NCBI GenBank assembly: GCA_002269645.1
Contig: NIVC01000828.1
Span: 1-53,472 of the forward strand
Direction: 5' to 3'
Origin: Macrostomum lignano
Lineage: Eukaryota
Length of the DNA: 53,472 bases
Below are positions 33,761-47,500 of this stretch, one piece after another. Under the pieces are notes generated by a model. The model was given only the letters and a program-made list of their open reading frames with translations. It was not told the DNA's origin and ran no database searches. Made by a program: the position numbers and the translations under genes. Positions within the stretch are counted from its first letter, which is position 1, and each line of letters opens with the position of its first letter.

Positions 33761-36700
33761 ATGGCTTCGCTGGAGACGCCAGACAATTCCGATGTAATCG
33801 AGGCGGCGCAAGCCTGGCTGACGGCCAACGCTGACGTGATCGCCTCGCCGCGACTGGGCTGCAGCCAGCAAGCCCTGCTGCACCAGAGCCGAACGCAGGA
33901 GTCGCTCCTTGCCAAGATTGCCAGCCTAGAAGAGCAGCTGGCGATCGCTTCATCGTCCGAAGCGCAGAAGCTACTTCTGGAAGATTCGTCCTGCGCGCAG
34001 CAGCTGCAGCAGGCTCGCGGCCAAGTGTCAATCAACAAGGACGCTATCGCCTACCTGAGACAGATCTCCAGCCTTGAAAGCAACCTAGCCGAGTGCTGCC
34101 GCCAAGTGGAGGGCCAGGCCATCGCTCTGTCCCAGCGTGACAACACGGAACTATTGGAGAAAAAGGTGCGAAATACTTAAATAGTGCTTCGTTCAAAATC
34201 CACTCACAAGCTTGACAAGTTTCGAAAAGTATTATAGAGAGTTACAAAGCTCAAAATGCAGAAAGACTCGTACACTTGAGAGATTCAAAAATTCAAATTT
34301 CGTCATTAAGATTTGCTTTATTACCGCTCTCGGTAGCATATCATAAAAACTGGCTTGTTGAACTTGCAAAAAAGCCTGAGCAAAGCACAGAACTACAAGT
34401 AGTGATGACTAGAAAGTCAGAGTCGCATTGAATATATCGATTTTTAGGAGAAAAACCATGCAATAGCTTACATAAGATAACTCCGGTGCTCAGGTGTATG
34501 ATAAATCATTAATTTTTCTTTAACTATTCCATAAAACGTCACTTCCCAGACTTTCTTTTTACTATACAAGAGCTATCAATCCTGCAAAGCGTTTGCTTAA
34601 ACCCAAAACTTCAGCAACTCAGCAAGGAGGTGTCGCAGACCTGGGAATGGGTGACTCGGCTCGGCGAGCTGACCCAGCTGCACCTGAAGAATTCGGCAGA
34701 TTATCAATGGTTCTATCACGAAGCCAACGAGCTTGAAGAGGTGATCAACTCGCGAAATCTGGCTAACGCTCAAGTCGTTGGTTCGATTCCGCCAACAGGA
34801 CAGCTGAGCTCTATGCAGCGGATGAACACGGTCTTGAGTGTGAGTTTCTTCTGTGCTTGCGAAAAAGTTCACGGGATAAATGGGATTAAATTGGATTTCG
34901 TGTCAAAGCGTCAGCAGGCAAATACAGTGGAGGAACGCAGAGGAAGACCAACGGGCCGCTGTCCCTCCATAACTAACTTTTGCCATCTGTTGGATGTGGC
35001 ATACGAGCTGCACTGGCCCAGAAGACAGTGGCAGGGGCGCCCACGAAGACACTGTATATCGCAGCGCCCTTTAGGGGTTGCGGCCTCCTCCAATGCTCAT
35101 GGTCCAGCGAAAAAAAGACAAGAAATATTCACAGAAGGGTTGTGAGTACGAAATCCTCTCACAACCAGAGTTGAGACACGGGCTCACAAAGGGTGTACGT
35201 GTACAAGCAGCCCTTTGACTTTCTTACCTTCAGGCATGTACAACACCCTCTGTGCTTTGGGGGTTGGCCCTGATGGGTGAGAATCCAATAAATAACTTTA
35301 CCATCCACAGTCCTCATCATTATACGTCGGAAACCTTTTTACCTCCACTTGCAATGATGACCTGTAATAGGTGTACTGGTATCAAGGCGTGAAACCTAAA
35401 AAAATATTTCTCTTTTCTTCAGGAAAACTACTCACAGCTGCTGCTGCTGTTACAGCGCACCGACCAGCTGATGTCGAAGAGTCACAGCGTGGTGCCGCTG
35501 TACCGCCGCTGCCAGCCAGTGGATGTTGGCTATCCGGCCAGAAATATTTTCCGTTTCGACGATGGAGAGGTTTGCTTGCTTATGCGTATCTGGGGTCTGC
35601 AGTGTGGGTCTGCAGTGTGGGGTCTGCAATGTTGGGTCTGCAGTGTGACGTCTGCAGTGTGGGTCTGCAGTGTGGGTCTGCAGTGTGGGGTCTGCAATCT
35701 TGGGTCTGCAGTGTGACGTCTGCAGTGTGGGGTCTGCAGTGTGGGGTCTGCAGTGTGGGTCTGCAGTGTGGGGTCTGCAATCTTGGGTCTGCAGTGTGAC
35801 GTCTGCAGTGTGGAGTCTGCAGTGTGGGGTCTGCAGTGGGATATATGCATGTTCCGATGTTCAATCACTATGAATCTTATGCTCATTATGCATCCTATGC
35901 TCACTGATGCATCCTATGCTCACTGATGCATCCTATGCTCACTATGCATCTTATGCTCACTATGCATCCTATGCTCAGTGATGCATCTTATGCTCACTGA
36001 TGCATCCTATGCTCACTATGCATCCTATGCTCAGTGATGCATCTTATGCTCACTGATGCATCCTATGCTCACTGATGCATCCTATGCTCACTATGCATCT
36101 TATGCTCACTGATGCATCCTATGCTCACTATGAATCTTATGCTCACTGATGCATCCTATGCTCACTATGCATCCTATGCTCACTATGCATTCTATTCTCT
36201 CCCACCAGAACACTCTGAACGACTCCGAGGAGGTGACAGTACTGGACAACTCAAACTCATTCAACTGGAAGGTGGCCAAGGCGGATGGAACAGTGATGGA
36301 GGTGCCCAGCATCTGCATCTGGCTCCCGCCGCCAGACACTGAGGCTGTTGAAGTGGCTGTCGTGTGAGTCAGCCTAATTTCCACACCGATTTCCCCAAAA
36401 ATTTTGCATGCTCACCAACGAATGGTTAACTCTTCGTATAACTTTAATGTATAACCAAGTGGACATTAACAGAAAGGATGCAATGAAGGAGTCAATCGAA
36501 AAAAAACATGCCGTAACTTTAGGGACACTAAATTGCTTAGGACATGTGTCCCCAAGACGTTGTCCACTTCTGGATGGTGCGGTAGCTGACTTTGCGGCCA
36601 AGGTCCCATTATCTTGACAACGGGCCCGGGTTGTTTGAAGGTACACGCCAGAGGCGCGGTCGCCACCAGTAACCTGTGCAGGAGTACACCCGGTGAAAAC

Positions 36701-38550
36701 TCCCACAAACGAGACGGAACTCCCGGTCTGTATAACAGACGAAGGTTCTTGACCCAACTGTACTAGAGATGGCCGATTGAGGGACTCCATGCGAGTAATA
36801 CAAGGACAGTCTAGTCCGTGCTGGAAATGAGGATTTTTGCATAGGGGGATCTTCTAGCTGGTAAGCGATAATTCTCGACCAAAATTCCCTCCTAAGCCTC
36901 AAGATCCCGAGGGTGGATAATAGATGACGCCATTTTAATGTCTTTCCAGTTCATATAGATGGATTCAATGCGGCAGGGGGATGAGGAAGTGCAGGTTCCA
37001 GAGCTCTCTCGTGGTGCACATTCTACAGGGACTTATTTAGAAGCACTGTTACTGCTATGATTATTTGATTGGGTTTGGCTCATACTCGGTGATCTCCACT
37101 CTGATCCTCAGCTTCTATTCCATGCCTTGTGACAGGCGCACTCTCTACTCACACTTCATAACACGACTAAGAGCAATGGGGGGAGATTCAAGGGTCGGTC
37201 CAGATAAAAGCTGGGAAAAGTTGCCAGTTCGGGTGCTTTCAGTTTTCAGGGAAGGTTCGGTGTCGCGAGAAAACAGAACTGCAAGAGGGACTGAAACCCA
37301 GCGGACAGGAGAGGGGAAGATGCCGCTCAGGGCTCAAGACAAGCTCCTATTTATAGCCCCGAGATCATGTGTGACGCAAGACCGTGACCTGTCCTTGACC
37401 TCTGTTATCAAGCAACTCTGATGAGGTCACCCGCCAGCCGCGCTATGATTAGAGGAGACATTGGGGTAGGGAGAAGCGGAGAAAATTATTGATTATGGGG
37501 GATTATGTAACAGGCGGGGAAAAGCTTGGGCACATATAGGCGGTCGTAAAGCTGTCACATGATTGACTTCGAACAACAGAAAACAGGTGGGGTTGGTGCT
37601 CGGGGGAGCGGGTGGGCGATAAGCAGGAGTCATTGTGATAACTCATCCCAATGAGTCATCCCAATGAGTCATCCCAATGAGTCATCCCAATGAGTCATCC
37701 CAATGAGTCATCCCAATAAGTCATCCCAATAAGTCATCCCAATTAGTCATCCCAAAGAGTCATCCCAATGAGTCATCCCAATAAGTCATCCCAATGAGTC
37801 ATCCCAATGAGTCATCCCAATGGCTCATCTCGGGGCACAGGTATCACAGAGGAGAAAGGGAGGGTGGATAAAAATTATTGGAGGCCCAGGGCGCTGCTAC
37901 ATTAAATGTAGTGTTTAGAAGTTTTTGAAATAACTTTCTAAGAGTTAGTTCGTCTACCTCGGTGGTCTGGTTCCCGACGTACGCGAGGATCTGCGTCGTC
38001 GCCGCGGGCTTGCCTGGGCTGCCTTCCGCTCTGTGAGGGCGGTCCTGCAGTCTGAGGCCCTTCCGGACCGCCAGAGGGCGGCTTTGTTTCAGGCGGTAGT
38101 CGAAACCGGCCTGCTTTACAACGCCGAGACCTGGACGCTGACAGACTCGCTCGAACATCAAGTCGACGCGGCGCACGCTGGCCTGCTGCGCGCCGCCTTC
38201 AAGATCGGCGACGAGCGAGTCACCAACGCGGCACTCTATCGCCGCGACGGCCGGGCCCGTCCAAGTGACCTGCTGCGCCGTCGGCGACTCCAGCTGGCAG
38301 GCCACATCATCCGCGCCGAGTCGTACTGCCCAGAGCCGGTGCAGGAGGTGCTGCTGCTGACACTGCAGGCACCCTACCGGCGAGGACAGGCGCGCACTCG
38401 GCGTTTCGTCGACTGCCTGCTGGCTGACGCCGGCGCCCTGGACTCTGCCGGCGGAGCGGCCTATGTTCGCACTCTGGCCTTGAGACGCACCCTGTGACAC
38501 TGGAGACTATCCAGTGTACTTTGTTGTTGTTGTTGTTGTTGTTGTTGTTT

Positions 38551-38581
<31 letters not shown>

Positions 38582-41500
38582 GTTGCGGAAGGTGGTCTAG
38601 GGCTGCCTATGCAGGCAGTCCAAGAACCTAGCCACCAGATCGCCATCGGCCAAGTCCTCCAGTTGGTGTAGGTCCGTCGCGTGCCGAGCTCCGGCCAGGT
38701 CCGGACATTCGAGGAAGTGGTCCTTGTCTTCTAAGAGATCGCACCGGAGGCATCTGCTATCCTCCCTAGTGCCTATTCGGTGCTGATAGTACGCCGTAGA
38801 AGGATCGTGACCGGCACGCATTTGAGCTATGGAAACCTGAAGCGCGCGAGGGCGAGCAGGCATCGAGGGGGTCTTGCTGTAGACCCGCTTCAGCCGGTCA
38901 TTCAGGAGAGGCTTATAGTTGATGAGACGGCGTATGCGGCTTCGGGCGGCCTCGATGTCGATCCCTAGAAGGTCCTGGGGGAGCAGACAGGCGTTCTTTG
39001 CCTCGGTGTCCGCTCTCTCGTTACCGGGAGTCCCAGAATGACCTGGGATCCACTGCAGGACCACGTCGGCGTGGCTCTCCACCTGCGTCAGCTTGCGCTT
39101 GAGCGACTCGAGCAGAGGGTTCAGGGAGTGCTGCCGACCTTTGAGCGCCGCAATGGCCGATTGGCTGTCGGTGAGGATCAGGGCAGAGTCCTGCTTAGTC
39201 TCAAGGATGTGGTCCAGGGCGAGGTGCAGAGCTGAGAGTTCAGCTTGGAACGAGCCACACCAGCGCCCGGTAGCAGCTCCCTCAATCCAAACCACCTGGC
39301 CCAAAGTAGGGGCGACTGCCACACAGGCTGCCCCTCCATTCTCCGTTCCTTCGGATGCAGATCCGTCGTTGAAATAGTGGATCTTGCGGTCGCCCCATGA
39401 TTTAATGGTGTCTTCCGTCGCCGACCGCCTGGTCTCTGGCGGATCGTTCCTGGAGATCGGCTGAGTCAGGTGTTCGCAAAGGGTGACCCGATCCTCGATT
39501 CTCGGAAGCCAGGGCTTGTTTCTGATCCAGTTCGATTCCCGGCGTGGGCAATGCAGAATCTGCTCGGATTCCAGCTTGGCTTGATCCCGGATCGGGTCGG
39601 GTCGGTTGTTGTTGTTGTTGTTTTCTAAGAAACAGAGGTTTTCCGGTATTTACGGTAACGTTATTATTTTTTGGCTAGCGACTGGAGCAATGATTTTCGT
39701 CGGAATAATTATTGTACAAACGATTTTTATTACTTTTAACGTAATGACCTCTACACTTCCGTAGTACCTTTTTTAAATTAAAAGTTCCTAACACACAAAA
39801 AACTTTTCTAGAATCCAACGCAAGCTGCGCAACACGTGGGCAAGTCTGCTAACCGAAGTTCAGCAGTGGCTGACGCAGTTCTACTCCGACTATTTGCAGA
39901 AGCTGCTCAGCAATGACACCGTGGTGAGCTGTTTAACGCTGACTAAAATCTGTTTCAAACGAAGTTTCTTTTTAACTATAATAAGATTTTATCAGACAGT
40001 AAGCTCTTCATTGCACCCTTATAGACTGCGGAGCCATCAGCTCAGCTGACATTCCTGAACTTTCTCACCCAGCTGGAGGAAGCCCTCAGTGACGGCCTAC
40101 TGGGAGACGAGGGCCAGCAGCGCAGTCAGCTGGTTGAAGCGGTTCAAGCCGTTCGAGACCGACTCGTGCTCAGTTGTGAGTTATTCATGCTGATAATTAC
40201 GTTTCAAATAATCTACCTAACGGGGATGGGCTTTAAGGTACCAAAGGACTCCAGTAATTCAATCTGAGAATTCAATAAAACTCCAGTTCAAAGAGCACTG
40301 CACGGTATTTTCAATTGAAGAGGCATCCTTCTACGAGTAGTTGAGTGGTCGCCAGCACTAGGGGCTTTAGCACCAGGGGCTTTAGTACCAGGGGCTTTAG
40401 CACTAGGGGCTTTAGCACCAGGGGCTTTAGTACCAGGGGCTTTAGCACCAGGGGCTTTAGTACCAGGGGCTTTAGCACCAGGGGCTTTAGTACCAGGGGC
40501 TTTAGCACTAGGGGCTTTAGCACCAGGGGCTTTAGCACTAGGGGCTTTAGCACCACGGGCTTTAGCACCAGGGGCTTTAGTACCAGGGGCTTTAGCACCA
40601 TGGGCTTTAGCACCGCGGGCTTTAGCACCAGTAGCTTTAGCACCAGGGGCTTTAGCACCAGGGGCTTTAGCACCAGGGGCTTTAGTACCAGGGGATTTAG
40701 CACCAGGGGCTTTAGCACCAGGGGCTTTAGCACCAGGGGCTTTAGTACCAGGGGCTTTAGCACCAGGGGCTTTAGTACCAGGGCTTTAGCACCAGGGGCT
40801 TTAGCACCAGGGGCTTTAGCACTAGGGGCTTTAGCACCACGGGCTTTAGCACCAGGGGCTTTAGCACCAGGGGCTTTAGCACCACGGGCTTTAGCACCAG
40901 GGGCTTTAGCACCAGGGGCTTTAGCACCACGGGCTTTAGCACCAGGGGCTTTAGCACCACGGGCTTTAGCACCACGGGCTTTAGCACCAGGGGCTTTAGC
41001 ACCACGGGCTTTAGCACCACGGGCTTTAGCACTAGGGGCTTTAGCACCACGGGCTTTAGCACCACGGGTTTTAGCACCAGGGGCTTTAGCACCATGGGCT
41101 TTAGCACCACGGGCTTTAGCACCACGAGCTTTAGCACCACGGGCTTTAGCACCAGGGGCTTTAGCACCAGGGGCTTTAGCACCAGGGGCTTTAGCACCAG
41201 GGGCTTTAGCACCACGGGCTTTAGCACCAGGGGCTTTAGTACCAGGGGCTTTAGCACCAGGGGCTTTAGTACCAGGGCTTTAGCACCAGGGGCTTTAGCA
41301 CCAGGGGCTTTAGCACCACGGGCTTTAGCACCGCGGGCTTTAGCACCACGGGCTTTAGCACCAGGGGCTTTAGCACCACGGGCTTTAGCACCAGGGGCTT
41401 TAGCACCAGGGGCTTTAGCACCACGGGCTTTAGCACCAGGGGCTTTAGCACCAGGGGCTTTAGCACCAGGGGCTTTAGCACCAGGGGCTTTAGCACCAGG

Positions 41501-44500
41501 GGCTTTAGCACCAGGGGCTTTAGCACCAGGGGCTTTAGCACCACGGGCTTTAGCACCAGGGGCTTTAGCACCACGGGCTTTAGCACCAGGGGCTTTAGCA
41601 CCACAAGCTTTAGCACCACGGGCTTCAGCACCAGGGGCTTTAGCACCAGGGGCTTTAGCACCAGGGGCTTTAGCACCAGGGGCTTTAGCACCAGGGGCTT
41701 TAGCACCAGGGGCTTTAGCACCACGGGATTTAGCACCACGGGCTTTAGCACCAGGGGCTTTTACACTGGAGACTTTTACACGGGCTTTAGAATTCAATGT
41801 CCAGGTATTAAAAATCACATAGTCGAGAAAACTTTCTGGTCACATTCGCAAACTTTAGGTTTTATAATCTTGAAATTCTAATTCTCTTCAATGCTGTCGA
41901 GTTTTGAGCTATCAGAAGTTAACGGTGAGCTTTTTCGACTTGCTTGCTGAAACGCCCCCACCCCGTTTCATCATTGCAGCGCCGGACCAGAGTTCGACGG
42001 TTCGCTCGAGCGACGCCGTTCTGCTTCGATCTTTGCTTGAGAAGCTGCTTGAGCACATGCGAAACTGGAAATGCCTCAACGAGCAGTTGGAATTTTTCAA
42101 GCGCGACCACAGCGGGCTAACGGAAGAGTCGGCTCAGATGATGACGGCCATTTCTGTCCTACAGTGAGTTCGGGCCAACTCTAGTGGAACTCTTGTGTTG
42201 TTGTGATCACGCTCCAGTCTGTTTGTGATCACGCTCCAGTCTGTTTGTGATCACGCTCCAGTCTGTTTGTGATCACGCTCCAGTCTGTTTGTGATCACGC
42301 TCCAGTCTGTTAGTGAGCACGCTCCAGTCTGTTTGTGATCACACTCCAGTCTGTTTGTGAGCATGCTCCAGTCTGTTTGTGATCACGCTCCAGTCGGTTT
42401 GTGAGCATGCTCCAGTCTGTTTGTGAGCACGCTCCAGTCTGTTTGTGAGCATGCTCCAGTCTGTTTGTGAGCATGCTCCAGTCTGTTTGTGATCACACTC
42501 CAGTCTGTTTGTGAGCACGTTCCAGTCTGTTTGTGAGCATGCTCCAGTCTGTTTGTGATCACGCTCCAGTCTGTTTGTGAGCATGCTCCAGCCTTTTTGT
42601 GAGCACGCTCCAGTCTGTTTGTGAGCATGCTCCAGTCTGTTTGTGAGCATGCTCCAGTCTGTTTGTGATCACACTCTAGTCTGTTTGTGAGCATGCTCCA
42701 GTCTGTTTGTGAGCATACTCCAGTCTGTTTGTGAGCATGCTCCAGTCTGTTTGTGAGCATGCTCCAGTCTGTTTGTGATCACACTCTAGTCTGTTTGTGA
42801 GCATGCTCCAGTCTGTTTGTGATCACACTCTAGTCTGTTTGTGAGCATGCTCCAGTCTGTTTGTGAGCATACTCCAGTCTGTTTGTGAGCATGCTCCAGT
42901 CTGTTTGTGAGCATGCTCCAGTCTGTTTGTGATCACGCTCCAGTCTGTTTGTGAGCACGTTCCAGTCTGTTTGTGAGCACGCTTCAGTCTATTTGTGAGC
43001 ACGCTCCAGTCTGTTTGTGAGCACGCTCCAGTCTGTTTGTGAGCACGCTCCAGTCTGTTTGTGAGCATGCTCCAGTCTGTTTGTGAGCATGCTCCAGTCT
43101 GTTTGTGATCACACTCTAGTCTGTTTGTGAGCATGCTCCAGTCTGTTTGTGAGCATACTCCAGTCTGTTTGTGAGCATGCTCCAGTCTGTTTGTGAGCAT
43201 GCTCCAATCTGTTTGTGATCACACTCTAGTCTGTTTGTGAGCATGCTCCAGTCTGTTTGTGAGCATACTCCAGTCTGTTTGTGAGCATGCTCCAGTCTGT
43301 TTGTGAGCATGCTCCAGTCTGTTTGTGATCACGCTCCAGTCTGTTTGTGAGCACGTTCCAGTCTGTTTGTGAGCACGCTTCAGTCTATTTGTAAGCACGC
43401 TCCAGTCTATTTGTGAGCACGCTCCAGTCTGTTTGTGAGCACGCTCCAGTCTGTTTGTGAGCACGCTCCAGTCTGTTTGTGAGCATGCTCCAGTCTGTTT
43501 GTGAGCATGCTCCAGTCTGTTTGCGATCACGCTCCAGTCTGTTTGTGAGCACGCTCCAGTCTGTTTGTGATCACACTCTAGTCTGTTTGTGAGCATGCTC
43601 CAGTCTGTTTGTGAGCATACTCCAGTCTGTTTGTGATCACGCTCCAGTCTGTTTGTGAGCATGCTCCAGTCTGTTTGTGATCACGCTCCAGTCTGTTTGT
43701 GAGCACGCTTCAGTCTATTTGTGAGCACGCTCCAGTCTGTTTGTGAGCACGCTCCAGTCTGTTTGTGAGCATGCTCCAGTCTGTTTGTGAGCACGCTCCA
43801 GTCTGTTTGTGAGCATGCTCCAGTCTGTTTGTGAGCACGCTCCAGTCTGTTCCTGAGAACGCTCTATATACGTTCTTATAAGTAACTTCTCAATGAATTT
43901 TTCAGGAAAATGCAGGAAGAAAGTGGCAAACAAATGGAAGATCTGCAGACCCGGATGCAGGATTGGAGTCTCTACTCAACTCATTTGACAGAGGTCAGAA
44001 AATCAACAACAGTTTATCAAAGCGTCCAAGTAAGCAGAAAATTTGACTCAATTTAAATTTGGATCAGTTTTGCACATCAAAAACTGTTTTTATTACCTAC
44101 CCATTGATCTACAGCAGCGTGAAAGCCAGTCACTAGCAGTGCAAGTCACCGGGAGCTCGCAGACAGACGGTCAATCGGTAACGAACTCGCAGAGCATGGA
44201 CACCACCGATCTTCTATTCGAAGGTAGAAGAGGCAGCCTTCGCGACAGTCGCGAGTCTGAGTGGTATTCCCTTCTCGAGTCCAGGCCAGTCGACCTAACC
44301 AGCATCCGGGATCTGACAGTCGCCAAGGATCAGGTCCGCCAGCAGCTCAGACGTGCGTCAATGAGCGAGAGCACGCAGACCAAACCGCCCCCAAGGAGTC
44401 CGGTGGGGCTCCTGTCTCCCACTTCGAAATCTGTGCAGGCCGGTTATTCGGAATATCGACAGAACTCTACTCAGGATATTGAGGATCCAGTATTTCGTCA

Positions 44501-47500
44501 GGCTGTGTACAACTACATTCAAGAGTACGAGTCCGAAGTAAAACGCTACCTGCACGAAAATATTCCGAGTCCGATAGTGCACTCTCAGTCCGCGTACGCT
44601 GCTGCGTCGGCATCTGAGGGCCGATCCCAGCTGAGAGTTGACGTCGAAGAAAAGTTAGAGTACTCGGAAACGCGAAAGCTTGCAACGGCCATTTCGAGCT
44701 CCAATGAAAGCGAAGCGAATGCGACTTCAAGCTCAGGCTCCGGCACCGGTGCTGCTGTTGGAAAAACCCAAGCAGTCACGCGCGAGGCTGGCTGTCAAAC
44801 TGCGCAGATACCAATAGCCAGCACAGGTTGCGATAAGCAGAGCGTCATGGCGGAGAGCAAGATTGCCTGCCACCTGCACTATACTGTGCAGAATGATCTG
44901 TTCTGTCTAGAAATAGAAAGCAGCGACTCAGAGACTCAAACAGATCAGTCTGGCCAAACAGTGGAGACGGAAGAGAAACTCATTAAGTACGAAAGCCGGG
45001 TTGATGAGAGAGTCGAAAGACAAAGCGTAGACATCGAGATAAAAATCGAAGAGGAGACAAACCGTAAAAAGCTCATGGCAACTCAACCACCGAGAAAAGT
45101 AGAAGTTCAAGATGCCTGCGTAAAAACGACCTGTGAAACAGAGGAATCGGTTTTAGTTGTTAAGCAACAAATAAAATATATGCAACTGTCTCAGGAGCTA
45201 GTCACTGCCGAACAGGGAGTCAACTGCGTAATCGAAAACCAAATTTCAGATTTTGAGTGTTCATTTGACCTGGAATTTGCGGATAGCAGTGTAAATTGCA
45301 AAACTGAAGAAAAAACTCAGGAAATCAGCACTTGCGAAGTGCACTATGAGAACCACTTTAGTGAAGCCGCTCTTCAAACAGATTCTTTCACAGGCGAAAG
45401 CAGCATCTCCGTAAGCCCAAAACTTGCGTGCATGAGCGTTGAAATGGAAATTTCAACCGAAGATGCGTCTGTTTTATGCAAAGATGAGACAAAAATTCGA
45501 GAGTGTTTCTCCCACTTAGAAAAATCTTATAAGGAAAGCAACACCAAAGCACAGATAACAACGAAAGACGTTTCTGTAACAGCCAAACAAGTCGTCAGCG
45601 AACTGGGATTTGCTGAAGAAGTGCAAAAAATCAAAGCAGTTAACAGCAACGTAAAATTCAGTAACATGCCGAAAATTCTAGAGTGCAACAGCTCGCTTGA
45701 ACTTATGCACGAAAATGCTGGTGTACGAGCACAGCCGACCGTAGATGAGATGGGCGTCTGTGAGCAAGTTATGTTCTCTGATGGTGCCATGAGATTCAAG
45801 GATGAACCGAAGGTCGAAGAGTGCGCCAGCTCGCTTGAGTTGTTGGTCAAGTCAGGCTTCGTTCGTACGAAAACTAAAGTCCAAGAAGCTTCTGTGCAAG
45901 TCAATCAAGAAGTCGGAGAGATTGGCGTATACAACGAGGTACTAAGCGCGAGCGAAAACGTAAGATTCAAGGACGAACCGCAGGTCGAAGAGTGCACCAG
46001 CTCGCTTGAGTTGTTGGTCAAGTCAGGCTTCGTTCGTACGAAAACTAAAGTCCAAGAAGCTTCTGTGCAAGTCAATCAAGAAGTCGGAGAGATTGGCGTA
46101 TACAACGAGGTACTCAGCGCGAGCGAAAACGTGAGATTCAAGGACGAACCGAAAGTTGAAGAGTGCGCCAGCTCGCATGAGCTTATACACAAAACGACTG
46201 GTGTGCGAGCACAGCCAACCGTGGATGAGATGGGCGCTTATGAGACGCTGCTCACATCAGACGGGTCGGTACGCTACAAAGAAGAGCCGAAGCTCAACGA
46301 ATGCGCCTCATTCCTGGAAACGACTGTCTTGAGTGAGTCCATTCGAGTAAGCCAGAGTGTGAACGAAATGGGCTTCTGTGAGATGTTGGAGACATCAGAC
46401 ACGACAATGCGCTACAAAGAAGAGCAAGAAGTGAGAGACTGCGCATCGTTCCTCGAGACATCCGTCATGATAGGATCTGTTCGAGTGAAACAAGAAATAG
46501 ACGACATGGGCGTCTGTGAGATGCTGCTCGCATCAGACGCTTCGGTACGATACAAGGAGGAGCCGAAACTCGACGAGTGCTTCACATTCTCCGAGACCAC
46601 ATTCCTGGAAGGCGCTATCCGAGTAGAGACACTTGTGAAGGAGGCTTCAGTTCAAGTGGAACAGTCAGTCGATGGAATGGGCGTCTGTGAGATGCTGCTC
46701 ACATCAGACGGGTCGGTACGCTACAAGGAAGAGCCGAAACTCGACGAGTGCTTCACATTCTCCGAGACCACATTCCTGGAAGGCGCTATCCGAGTAGAGA
46801 CACTTGTGAAGGAGGATTCAGTTCAAGTGGAACAGTCAGTCGATGGAATGGGCGTCTGTGAGATGCTGCTCGCATCAGACGCTTCGGTACGATACAAGGA
46901 GGAGCCGAAACTCGACGAGTGCTTCACATTCTCCGAGACCACATTCCTGGAAGGCGCTATCCGAGTAGAGACACTTGTGAAGGAGGCTTCAGTTCAAGTG
47001 GAACAGCCAGTCGATGGAATGGGCGTCTGTGAGATGCTGCTCACATCAGACGGGTCGGTACGCTACAAGGAAGAGCCGAAACTCGACGAGTGCTTAACAT
47101 TCTCCGAGACCACATTCCTGGAAGGCGCTATCCGAGTAGAGACACTTGTGAAGGAGGCTTCAGTTCAAGTGGAACAGCCAGTCGATGGAATGGGCGTCTG
47201 TGAGATGCTGCTCACATCAGACGGGTCGGTACGCTACAAGGAAGAGCCGAAACTCGACGAGTGCTTCACATTCTCCGAGACCACATTCCTGGAAGGCGCT
47301 ATCCGAGTAGAGACACTTGTGAAGGAGGCTTCAGTTCAAGTGGAACAGTCAGTCGATGGAATGGGCGTCTGTGAGATACTGCTCACATCAGACGGGTCGG
47401 TACGCTACAAGGAAGAGCCGAAGCTCAACGAATGCGCCTCATTCCTGGAAACGACTGTCTTGAGTGAGTCCATTCGAGTAAGCCAGAGTGTGAACGAAAT

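Noticed and set aside
573-43850. CRISPR-like arrays
   Set aside because: All arrays are head-to-tail repeats with no unique spacers, there are no cas genes, and the context is eukaryotic.
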